From NCBI GenBank assembly GCA_964526385.1, contig CAZGJD010000003.1:55225-119224 (forward strand): DNA of 64,000 bases, read 5' to 3'. This DNA is from an uncultured Candidatus Poseidoniales archaeon. GTDB taxonomy: Archaea; Thermoplasmatota; Poseidoniia; Poseidoniales; Poseidoniaceae. Numbering within the stretch: the stretch's first letter is position 1; every line of letters begins with the position of its first letter. The translations under genes were made by a program, and so were the position numbers. Below the pieces are notes generated by a model. It did no database searches and had not been told where the DNA came from. It saw nothing but the letters and a program-made list of their open reading frames with translations. This document shows, in pieces, positions 55,887 through 64,000 of the stretch.

Positions 55887-56882
55887 ATGAATAACCAATT
55901 GATTGATGATTCCTACGCACATTGCAAACAGATTTGTAAGAGTGCTTCAACAACATTCTACAGTTCATTCTCAGCACTTGACCATGAAAGGAGAAAAGCA
56001 GTTCATTGTGTATATGCATTGTGCAGATGGATCGATGATATAGTCGACGGAGATGACGAACCCATTGTGCAAATTACAGAGGATTTGAAAAACCAAACAG
56101 CACTACGCAATCAAGCTTTGAAAGAAATACACTCTGGAAGAGAACTCTCAAATCCTGAAGACGTACATGAACAACGGTTGATGGCTTTAGTTGACATTAG
56201 AAATAATCTTTACAAAGCATCCAAGGGTGAGATTATCTCAACAGACCATCCTATTTTCATTGCGCTACAGGATGTCTTCACTCGATATCCAATCAGGGTT
56301 CAAGATTTTGAAACCGTCATTGAAGGAATGGAAGATGATTTATTCTCAGTTCAATGTAATACGTGGGACGAATTGAGAGCTTACTGCTACAAAGTAGCAT
56401 CTGCAGTAGGTCTAATTCTAATCGAAATTTACGGTTATGAAGATAGAGCAGCAAGATTACACGCAATAGATTTGGGAATTCAAATGCAACTTATCAATGT
56501 ACTAAGGGATATTTCTGAAGACCTTGAAAGAGGACGTGTCTATCTCCCGATTGAAGTTCTTGCACAACACAATATCGAAATCTCAGATTTGTCTAACGCA
56601 AACTTAGCTCAAAATCCGTCTTGGAAGTCATTCATGAGAGAATACCTCGAAGTGGTAAGACAACACCAAACATCAGCAATGCACTTGTTTGAATTCCTCG
56701 ACTCTAAATCAAGGGTCCAACCCAAAATAATGCAAGACGCTTACTCAAAGATATTCGATGACATAATTCGAAGATCAGGAGACATATTTTCCACTCCTAT
56801 CGACTTATCTAAAATGTCAAAGATGTCTCTATGGATGAAGATTAACTATTTGAAAATCAGATCTAAGATAACAACAGATTAG
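55887..56882 (+). CDS. crtB: phytoene synthase (squalene/phytoene synthase family)
   Basis: SYAHCKQICKSASTTFYSSFSALDHERRKAVHCVYALCRWIDDIVD includes the first Asp-rich motif. The second region is YCYKVASAVGLILIEIYG...LGIQMQLINVLRDISEDLERGRVYLP. Confidence 0.85.
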   Translation: MNNQLIDDSYAHCKQICKSASTTFYSSFSALDHERRKAVHCVYALCRWIDDIVDGDDEPIVQITEDLKNQTALRNQALKEIHSGRELSNPEDVHEQRLMALVDIRNNLYKASKGEIISTDHPIFIALQDVFTRYPIRVQDFETVIEGMEDDLFSVQCNTWDELRAYCYKVASAVGLILIEIYGYEDRAARLHAIDLGIQMQLINVLRDISEDLERGRVYLPIEVLAQHNIEISDLSNANLAQNPSWKSFMREYLEVVRQHQTSAMHLFEFLDSKSRVQPKIMQDAYSKIFDDIIRRSGDIFSTPIDLSKMSKMSLWMKINYLKIRSKITTD

Positions 56883-56890
56883 GTGATATT

Positions 56891-57118
56891 ATGCAGTGTA
56901 ACATAGACGCAAAAGGAAAAGCAGCACGACTCAAATTAGGAATTCTTACATTGATTGGCGCATTAGCGCTAACGGTTATTACCGCAGCAGGTATTGTTGA
57001 AGGAAGCATCTGGTGGTTAATGGCTGGAGGTGCGGCATTCGGTGGTGCTTTCGCAATATTTGAAGCTAGAGCAGGCTGGTGCGTAATTAGAGCAATGGGA
57101 ATTAAAACACCGTTGTGA
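56891..57118 (+). CDS. small membrane protein, DUF2892 (YgaP-like) family
   Basis: 75 aa with two TM helices and a C-terminal RAGWCVIRAMGI resembling the DUF2892 GWCP motif. Confidence 0.45.
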   Translation: MQCNIDAKGKAARLKLGILTLIGALALTVITAAGIVEGSIWWLMAGGAAFGGAFAIFEARAGWCVIRAMGIKTPL

Positions 57119-58066
57119 TTATTCCCACTCTATTGTACCTGGTGGCTTGTGAGTGATATCATAAACTACTCTGTTCACTGAGCCTTTTACAGCATTGGTA
57201 ATTCTCGTGCTTATCTTTGCAAGAATATCATGAGGAATTACAGAATATCTTGCAGACATTCCATCGAGAGACTGAACTGCTCTCACAACAACGGTTTCTC
57301 CGTATGCTCTGACATCGCCATGTACTCCAACAGATCTAACTGGAAGTAGCGCTGCAAAGTATTGCCAGGGCAATTCTATCTTACCTTCTGCGGCGGCTAA
57401 TTCTAATTCTTCTTCGACGATTGCACATGCCTCACGAACAATCTGTACTCTTTCGGGAGTAAGTTCACCAAGACACCTAACTGCTAATCCAGGACCAGGG
57501 AATGGTTGTCTTTCTGCTACTTTTATCTCAAGCGTCCTTGCAAGTTCTCTAACCTCGTCTTTGTACAAATCACGAAGTGGCTCGACTACTTCCAAAGTCA
57601 TGTCTTCGGGAAGGCCACCCACATTGTGATGGCTTTTGATGGTGTCACGGACTCCTCCACCCGATTCAATCCAATCTGGAGCAATTGTCCCCTGAACGAG
57701 ATACTTGGCGCCAACCTTTGCCTGTTCATCTTCAAAAATTCTAATGAATAATTCCCCGATAATCTTTCGCTTTTGTTCAGGGTCTGTTATTCCTTTCAAT
57801 GCTTCGAAATACCTGTCTTCAGCAAAGACTGTTGTGAGATTCAATCCGTGAGCTGCAAGCATTTCTTGGATTTCCTCAGTCTCATTTTTCCTCATTAATC
57901 CAGTATCGACATATACACAATGCAATTTATCACCAATCGCTTGATTAGCGATCACTGCTGCGACAGTAGAATCAACTCCACCACTGCAAGCAATAATTGC
58001 GATATCATCTATTTCATTACGCATTTTTTCTGCTGATTCTTCGATGAATGCAGAAGCATCGAACAT
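57119..58066 (-). CDS. guaA: GMP synthase (glutamine-hydrolysing) subunit B, ATP-pyrophosphatase subunit of the archaeal split enzyme
   Basis: PP-loop IIACSGGVDSTVAAV and the full GMPS C-terminal dimerisation region (VVYDITHKPPGTIEWE). About 315 aa with no glutamine amidotransferase domain, as in the archaeal two-subunit GuaA. Confidence 0.9.
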   Translation of the reverse strand: MFDASAFIEESAEKMRNEIDDIAIIACSGGVDSTVAAVIANQAIGDKLHCVYVDTGLMRKNETEEIQEMLAAHGLNLTTVFAEDRYFEALKGITDPEQKRKIIGELFIRIFEDEQAKVGAKYLVQGTIAPDWIESGGGVRDTIKSHHNVGGLPEDMTLEVVEPLRDLYKDEVRELARTLEIKVAERQPFPGPGLAVRCLGELTPERVQIVREACAIVEEELELAAAEGKIELPWQYFAALLPVRSVGVHGDVRAYGETVVVRAVQSLDGMSARYSVIPHDILAKISTRITNAVKGSVNRVVYDITHKPPGTIEWE

Positions 58067-58067
58067 C

Positions 58068-58574
58068 TCAAGCCCTACCGTTTACTTCAGCATCCATTTG
58101 CTTAACCTTCTCAATTTGATCAAGCTTGTTTTGTTTTAGTGCATCAGCATACCGTGGGAATTTTAGGGCTAAAATCTGTGTTGCGAGATATCCTGCGTTA
58201 TCACCCCTGTCGACACCAACGGTTGCAGAAGGTACGCCTGGTGGAAGTTGGGCTATGGACAGTAAACTGTCAAATGGTACCTTTCCACCACAGGGAACAC
58301 CAATTACTGGCTTTGTTGTTAGTGATGCGACAGCACCGGGAAGCGCTGCTGCTAATCCCGCCATAGCGATAAATACCGAACAACCGTCAGCCTCTGCGTC
58401 TTTTACGATTTGTTCAACAAAGGCAGGAGACCTGTGAGCGCTTGCGACCCTTAATTGATATGGGACATCAAACATCTCCAAAATTTTCGTACATTTTTCA
58501 GCTATTGGCAAGTCAGACTTTGAACCGAGTAGTATAGTTACGTCCATGCCCATTGTCGGAAATCGGTAGTTCAT
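58068..58574 (-). CDS. purE: N5-carboxyaminoimidazole ribonucleotide mutase
   Basis: VTILLGSKSDLPIAEKC...VASAHRSPAFV...IAMAGLAAALPGAVASLTTKPVIGVPCGG matches the PurE consensus. The stop is 1 nt from the guaA-B start. The track start at 58577 is TTG; an ATG at 58574 or 58553 is more likely. Confidence 0.9.
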   Translation of the reverse strand: MNYRFPTMGMDVTILLGSKSDLPIAEKCTKILEMFDVPYQLRVASAHRSPAFVEQIVKDAEADGCSVFIAMAGLAAALPGAVASLTTKPVIGVPCGGKVPFDSLLSIAQLPPGVPSATVGVDRGDNAGYLATQILALKFPRYADALKQNKLDQIEKVKQMDAEVNGRA

Positions 58575-58652
58575 CAACGTGCCGAATGGGGATTTTCAAA
58601 TTTGGAACCATAAAGGGTGAAAATGGAACACAAATCAAAAAATCAAAGAAAT

Positions 58653-59192
58653 TTACTCTTCGTCAGAAAAAACAGACAGGGGTTCATCGGATTCAATGTA
58701 AATTTTGTCACCTTCTTTGACTCCTCTAACAATATTTTTACCAATCCTGAATAGTGGCCTTGCCGCCCATTTGGTGTGGAAAAACCTTGCAGATTCTATC
58801 ATTGGAATTGGCTTTTTAGGGTCCCATTCTAATCGATAAGCCTTCCCAGATATTGCGGATAACATTGCAGCGGTTCTGTAATTTATTGTCCAAACAGATA
58901 TGGCTACTATCACTTGAACAATCTCAGGAGGTTGGAAGAATAAACCGAATGCAGCAAATGGTGAAATTAGTAATATTGCGAAATCGACTCTACCAGGAGA
59001 TATTGTAGCTCCAATCCACACAGCAATTAATGAAATCATAATTCCACTTGCCAACATAGCAGGTACGAGCAGGCCTCTGCCTTGGTAAATAAGAAGACAG
59101 CCTCCAACAAGGGGTAGGAGTGACCACGCCATAGGGAAGAGCATCTTCGGACCTGGGCCATCGAGCTTTACCTCATGCCAGTCCATGTACAT
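58653..59192 (-). CDS. small membrane protein of unknown function
   Basis: About 3 TM helices and a C-terminal soluble region (RIGKNIVRGVKEGDKIYIESDEPL). No recognisable motifs. Confidence 0.35.
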   Translation of the reverse strand: MYMDWHEVKLDGPGPKMLFPMAWSLLPLVGGCLLIYQGRGLLVPAMLASGIMISLIAVWIGATISPGRVDFAILLISPFAAFGLFFQPPEIVQVIVAISVWTINYRTAAMLSAISGKAYRLEWDPKKPIPMIESARFFHTKWAARPLFRIGKNIVRGVKEGDKIYIESDEPLSVFSDEE

Positions 59193-59226
59193 CCTAGCGA
59201 GTAGCCGATTTCAATAATTTGTAAGA

Positions 59227-60729
59227 TTACTCTTCGTCAAATGGATAAGAAAGAGTAAGATTTCTCGCAGCATACACCTCATCCACTCTTCTAACTTTAG
59301 TCGTCACAGGAGCCTCATGAAGTACTTCAGCATCCATTTGAATTACTTCAACAAATTTCTCTGCAAACTCATCTAAGGTCTCTTTTGATTCAGTTTCTGT
59401 TGGCTCAACCATCATACACTCTGGAACTACTAGAGGGAAATATACCGTTGGAGCCATATATCCTTGGTCAAGAAGGCCTTTCGCAACATCCATTGCTCCT
59501 ACGCCGTTTTTCTCTTTGAGTGGAGCCATGGATATCGTAAACTCGTGTTTGACGACTTCTATTGGAGCCCCATCACAGAATAAATCGGAGACTCCTTGGG
59601 CCTCTGCGACATCAATTATTCTCTTACGAAGATAATTAGCATTCAAAACTGCATGGTCGGACATTGTTCTCAAATCTTTGCCGTATCTTCTGTAATATGC
59701 CCAACATCGAATAACAGCACCACTATTACCATGCCATTGTTGTACTTTTCCGATGCTATTTTCAGGGGTTCTCCAATAGTACCACCAAATATCATTGATT
59801 AGTGTAACTTTGTCACCCTCAGATACCTTCCTTCTATCGGCGACCGGGCCAGGAAGGAATTCCGCAAGGTGAGATTTAACACCGATTGGGCCAGAACCTG
59901 GACCTCCGCCTCCATGGGGTTGACTGAATGTTTTGTGTAGGTTGTAATGAACAGCATCGAAGCCCATAAGGCCGGGTGAAGTCCTTCCTAGGATAGCATT
60001 GAAATTCGCTCCATCATAGTACATTTGTCCACCTACTGAATGAACAATTTCAGACGCTTGTGCGATGTCCGCCTCAAAAATCCCGAGTGTGTTAGGATTT
60101 GTGATCATCATAGCAGCAGTATCTTCACCGACTACGGCTTTTAATGCGTCAAGGTCTATTCTTCCATCATCACGACTAGGGATTTCGATTATTTCGAAAC
60201 CACACATGTTGGCGCTTGCGGGGTTGGTTCCGTGTGCTGAGTCTGGAACAATCACCTTTGTTCTTTGCGACTCGCCACGTTTCCTGAAATATTCCTGTAT
60301 ACACCTAATTGCAGTAAATTCACCCTGCGCTCCAGCCACAGGCTGTAAGGTGACTGCATCCATTCCTGCACAGATTGCTAACATATCCTGCATTTCATAG
60401 AAAATAGCCAACGTTCCCTGAACATGGTGATCTGGTTGTAATGGATGGATATCTGCAATTCCGGGTAATTGGGCTATCACCTCATTGATTCTTGGATTAT
60501 GCTTCATTGTGCAAGACCCTAAAGGATAAAATCCAGTGTCAATTCCAAAGTTTCTACTCGATAGCCATGTATAATGGCGGACCATTTCTGGTTCTGATAA
60601 TCTTGGCCATCTTGGCAACTTCTTTCTTTTGAGCCCGCTTGAGATTTTTATTGAATCTGCAGGAGCTATAGGAGCGGGTTGGGAATATCCTTGGCCCTCG
60701 GCACCGAAATGTTCGAAGAGATGACTCAT
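59227..60729 (-). CDS. gcvPB: glycine dehydrogenase (decarboxylating) subunit 2, P-protein C-terminal half
   Basis: The LGSCTMKHNPRINE motif and the PLP-dependent fold are present. The ATG overlaps the gcvPA stop (ATGA). Confidence 0.9.
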   Translation of the reverse strand: MSHLFEHFGAEGQGYSQPAPIAPADSIKISSGLKRKKLPRWPRLSEPEMVRHYTWLSSRNFGIDTGFYPLGSCTMKHNPRINEVIAQLPGIADIHPLQPDHHVQGTLAIFYEMQDMLAICAGMDAVTLQPVAGAQGEFTAIRCIQEYFRKRGESQRTKVIVPDSAHGTNPASANMCGFEIIEIPSRDDGRIDLDALKAVVGEDTAAMMITNPNTLGIFEADIAQASEIVHSVGGQMYYDGANFNAILGRTSPGLMGFDAVHYNLHKTFSQPHGGGGPGSGPIGVKSHLAEFLPGPVADRRKVSEGDKVTLINDIWWYYWRTPENSIGKVQQWHGNSGAVIRCWAYYRRYGKDLRTMSDHAVLNANYLRKRIIDVAEAQGVSDLFCDGAPIEVVKHEFTISMAPLKEKNGVGAMDVAKGLLDQGYMAPTVYFPLVVPECMMVEPTETESKETLDEFAEKFVEVIQMDAEVLHEAPVTTKVRRVDEVYAARNLTLSYPFDEE

Positions 60730-62108
60730 ACAGTCACCTCCTTTGATGGAGATTCACACCATATCGAAATTTGGGCGCACAGCATGTCGATATCCTTTGC
60801 AGAAGTCTGGTCACTTACGGATACAAGCATCCAATTTTCTTTATCGGGATACCAATTTGAGAGGTCAAATCCACCGATAACCCCTCTATTGTCAAGATAA
60901 TCTAGACAATCAGAGGCACTTCCGGGTAATTCAATAACAAATTCATTGTAGTGGTCCACTGAATGATGTGGAAGATTGATTCCATCAATTTGACTAATCT
61001 TCTCAATTGCCAATTGACATGCAGCCATATTCCTTTCCGCAAGTAATTCTAAACCCTCAGGACCAAGTAAAGACATGTGCATTGCGCCCATTAGTGCAAT
61101 CAGTGTTTCATTTGTACAGATATTAGATGTGGCTCGATGCCTTCTAATATGCTGTTCTCTTGTTGAAAGTGTTAAACAAAATGCTTCATTTCCATCTACA
61201 TCTATTGATTTACCAACAATTCTACCGGGCATTTGGCGCAAGTAATCTTTGGAACAGGCGAAAATGCCGTAGAGTGGCCCACCGTAGGTAATAGGTGAAC
61301 CGAGTGCTTGTCCTTCCCCCACTACAATATCCGCATCATAATTTCCAGGGGCTTCCACTAATCCAAGACTTACCGGAGCCACACCTACAATGAATGCTGT
61401 ATTAGGTCCAATTATTTCTTTCACTTTTGTTAATCCCTCGTCAAGAATTCCCAAAGGATTTGGCTGTTCTAAGTATACACCGCAAGAACCTTCGGCTTCA
61501 GCAAGGGAATCTAGGTTTAGAGTTCCATCTTCGTTGTGTTTTATCTTCTTGATTATAACTCCGCCACCTTGACTGTAATTTTCGATTACTGATACTCTTG
61601 AAGGTGGGATTAACTCACTGATATAGACAGTGTCTTTTTGAGTAGCCTTCTTATTATGAATACGAATTGAACATGTTAATGCTTCTGCAGCCGCTGTAGA
61701 GGCGTCATAAACTGAAAGATTTGAAACTTCGAGCCCGACTAATTCTGAAATTAGGGTTTGGAATTCCCACATAGCCTGTAACATACCCTGACTTACCTCT
61801 GGCTGATATGGAGTGTAAGAGGTCAGGAATTCCCCCCTCGTAACGAGTTGGAATATGCTTGCAGGGACATAATTACGATTTAAGCCAGCACCAAGGAAGC
61901 TAACTCGGTCCCCAAGTGCGATATTTGCACCAAGCAATCTTCTCGCATCAGCAATTATTTCTTCTTCTGTTTGAGGAGGTGGAAGGGGTAGTTCGGTGTT
62001 CATCCTCACTGCTTCCGGAATGTCCGAAAACAAATCATCCATCGAGTTCATTCCAAGTGATTCTAGCATTGCTTTTTCGCGCCCAAGGTTAGGTAATTGG
62101 TCGACCAT
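60726..62108 (-). CDS. gcvPA: glycine dehydrogenase (decarboxylating) subunit 1, P-protein N-terminal half
   Basis: MVDQLPNLGREKAMLESLGMNSMDDLFSDIPE is a typical GcvPA N-terminus. The track start at 62144 is TTG (checked); the first ATG is at 62108. Confidence 0.9.
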   Translation of the reverse strand: MVDQLPNLGREKAMLESLGMNSMDDLFSDIPEAVRMNTELPLPPPQTEEEIIADARRLLGANIALGDRVSFLGAGLNRNYVPASIFQLVTRGEFLTSYTPYQPEVSQGMLQAMWEFQTLISELVGLEVSNLSVYDASTAAAEALTCSIRIHNKKATQKDTVYISELIPPSRVSVIENYSQGGGVIIKKIKHNEDGTLNLDSLAEAEGSCGVYLEQPNPLGILDEGLTKVKEIIGPNTAFIVGVAPVSLGLVEAPGNYDADIVVGEGQALGSPITYGGPLYGIFACSKDYLRQMPGRIVGKSIDVDGNEAFCLTLSTREQHIRRHRATSNICTNETLIALMGAMHMSLLGPEGLELLAERNMAACQLAIEKISQIDGINLPHHSVDHYNEFVIELPGSASDCLDYLDNRGVIGGFDLSNWYPDKENWMLVSVSDQTSAKDIDMLCAQISIWCESPSKEVTV

Positions 62109-62226
62109 ACACTCCCCGCCAACCCTTGCGTATCGCGTACCCAAAATGAATGTTGGTTTGTCAATACTTATTTTGCGTCAGAACTAAGCCAGTAATTTTC
62201 TGCCCCTTAAATGTAGCAAATAGCCT

Positions 62227-64000
62227 TCAGTCTTGCCATTTTGTCCAAGAACCATCAGCGTTTTGATACCAATTTGTGCCGTCATTCGCTCTGAACCAAT
62301 TTGTACCGCTTTCATCTGGATCTAAATAATCTCCACCGGGTAAGTCTTCCCAAGATTCTACAGTATTTGCATCATTAATTCCAGGTTCATCTTCTGAATC
62401 TTGGCTCTCTGGGGAAGAAGACCCTTCCTCAGGAGGTGGAATTCCGGTTTTGGCAGGACCCTTCTTTTTCAGTGGTGGTTTTGATCCCTTTTTCATTAAT
62501 ACAACAATAGTACCCGCAAGTGCGGCTACGATAACTCCACCAATGGCCCCAAAGATTACCACGTTATCGATTCCACCTGATGCGTCATCAATATTCGTAT
62601 TCGAAGTATCATCGGTCTTTCCACCATCGCTAGGTTCGGTCAATAGACAACCTGGATAATTCACTTCGTCGTCGAATCTGCCATCAGGTACTTGGTCTGG
62701 GCACATGTCAGCATTTGTAGCGCCTTCTATGAATACACCAGGCCATGATTCATCCCTTGATTCATTCCAATCAGAATTACCCCAATTATCTCCAAAGCCA
62801 TCTTCATCAGAATCAAACCATTGAGTTGCATCAAATATGAACATATCAGGACCATAACCAAGGGAATCCCACTTGCTCACACTCCAATATGGGTCGGGGT
62901 CTGAATATCCGTCTCCGTCGAAGTCAGGACAACCAAATCTATCGATTGTTGAGGTTCCCTCATCATCACCACAGAAATCGAACTGGTATCCGACATTATT
63001 ATCTCCAAAGCCGTCCCCATCAATATCTGACCATTGTGTTATATCGTCGCTGAAGGCATCTGCACCCATTTCAACCGTCCATGAAATCTCTGGGTCTGAA
63101 TAACCATCACCATCAGAGTCGATACATCCTACCCTATCTGTGGAAGAGTTACCATAGAATAGTGGACATTCGTCTGGATTATTCCCTAATGGATTGTCAC
63201 CAAAGCCGTCCCCGTCACCATCATTCCATTGTGTTTCATCCTGGAAGAATGCGTCCTCTGCGTCAGCTACGCCATCTTCATCGAAATCAGGGCATCCCTT
63301 CATTCCAATAGTGGCTGAACCTTCCTCCAATGGACAGAAATCGATTAAATCGCTGAATCCGTCATTGTCATCGTCAGTGTCTTCTCTGTCATCTAAACAA
63401 CCATCAGCATCGTTATCATTGGTCGTGTTTCTTGTCCAGTTTATGATTCCTTTTTCGCATCCATCTGCTTCATTCGTGACCCCATCATTGTCGTTGTCAT
63501 TGTCTTCTAAGTCATTCTTGCAACCATCAAAATCCCAATCCGTATTTTGTGTTGAATTCCAATCTATTTCACCTCTTGGACACAAATCTAACGTATCGTT
63601 TACACCGTCATTATCGTCATCAGCATCCTCTTCAGCATCATCGTAACATCCATCACTATCCCTGTCAGTTTGGGATTCCGAAGTCCAATTTAATTCACCC
63701 ATTGGACATGAATCCGCCGAGTCACTAATTCCATCAGAGTCATCATCCCCATCACAAAGGTCACCCACGTTGTCTAAGTCATAATCCTCCTGGTTTGGAT
63801 TGACTAAGTACTGGCAATTGTCTTCTAGGTCAGGAACGGTGTCACCGTCATCGTCAAGGTCTTCATCTTCGTCTCTACAGCCATCTCCGTCCAAGTCGGT
63901 TGAATTTACATCTCCAGACCAGCCCAATACACCTGTCTGGCAGTTATCGTCTAGGTCACTCACTCCATCGTTGTCATCGTCAGTATCTTCATCAGCGTCC
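62227..64000 (-). CDS. acidic surface protein with tandem thrombospondin-type-3-like Ca-binding repeats and a C-terminal TM anchor; N-terminus lies beyond the window end
   Basis: Repeats of the form DSDGDGYSDPE, DFDGDGYSDPD, DIDGDGFGDN, DGDGDGFGDNP, DDDNDGVNDTLDLCP. TM helix VVIFGAIGGVIVAALAGTIVVLM followed by KKGSKPPLKKKGPAK. The frame is still open at nt 64000. Confidence 0.6.
   Translation of the reverse strand, partial: DADEDTDDDNDGVSDLDDNCQTGVLGWSGDVNSTDLDGDGCRDEDEDLDDDGDTVPDLEDNCQYLVNPNQEDYDLDNVGDLCDGDDDSDGISDSADSCPMGELNWTSESQTDRDSDGCYDDAEEDADDDNDGVNDTLDLCPRGEIDWNSTQNTDWDFDGCKNDLEDNDNDNDGVTNEADGCEKGIINWTRNTTNDNDADGCLDDREDTDDDNDGFSDLIDFCPLEEGSATIGMKGCPDFDEDGVADAEDAFFQDETQWNDGDGDGFGDNPLGNNPDECPLFYGNSSTDRVGCIDSDGDGYSDPEISWTVEMGADAFSDDITQWSDIDGDGFGDNNVGYQFDFCGDDEGTSTIDRFGCPDFDGDGYSDPDPYWSVSKWDSLGYGPDMFIFDATQWFDSDEDGFGDNWGNSDWNESRDESWPGVFIEGATNADMCPDQVPDGRFDDEVNYPGCLLTEPSDGGKTDDTSNTNIDDASGGIDNVVIFGAIGGVIVAALAGTIVVLMKKGSKPPLKKKGPAKTGIPPPEEGSSSPESQDSEDEPGINDANTVESWEDLPGGDYLDPDESGTNWFRANDGTNWYQNADGSWTKWQD

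Noticed and set aside
1-64000. CRISPR arrays, rRNA genes, insertion sequences
   Set aside because: No short direct repeats with unique spacers, no rRNA-like conserved stretches, and no transposase-like ORFs were seen anywhere in the window.

Overview
This 64-kb window is densely coded (about 90% coding, roughly 45 genes, GC near 40%) and looks archaeal. Archaeal hallmarks are an AglB/STT3 oligosaccharyltransferase with the WWDYG motif, a candidate CDP-archaeol synthase, a split GMP synthase subunit B, a split glycine dehydrogenase (gcvPA/gcvPB), a class II CPD photolyase and two archaeal-type tRNAs. The proteome is strongly acidic and there are many very large, sequon-rich surface proteins with C-terminal membrane anchors. 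This fits a marine planktonic euryarchaeon of the Marine Group II / Poseidoniales type, but that placement is inference only. Contents in order: a truncated beta-helix surface protein; a membrane S8 subtilase; a 3,219-aa AglB fusion giant; purD; carS; three surface or membrane proteins of unknown function; a nickel superoxide dismutase with its maturation peptidase (sodN/sodX); tRNA-Met; an HD dNTPase-like hydrolase; a membrane protein with an EF-hand; a TctA-like membrane protein; an AbrB-PhoU regulator divergent from a PiT-PhoU phosphate transporter; a 1,585-aa lamin-tail-domain/PLD-nuclease surface protein; a BI-1-like protein, a 2OG oxygenase and a thymidine phosphorylase; tRNA-Asn followed by a coupled three-gene operon (helical protein, SPFH/flotillin-like protein, TPR protein), a PP2C phosphatase and two tandem paralogous Ser/Thr kinases with large N-terminal membrane domains; an SRPBCC-YfcH epimerase fusion, a class II photolyase and a Nudix hydrolase; a plus-strand array of ribA, a peroxiredoxin-like protein, a TrmB-like regulator, a UbiB/ABC1 kinase, crtI and crtB; guaA subunit B, purE, gcvPB, gcvPA; and a truncated TSP3-repeat surface protein. 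No CRISPR array, transposase or integrase was recognised. The ORF track reports the most upstream ATG/GTG/TTG as M, so several starts were moved to the first plausible ATG. Coordinates I derived by counting (tRNAs, motifs, promoters) may be off by 1-2 nt.
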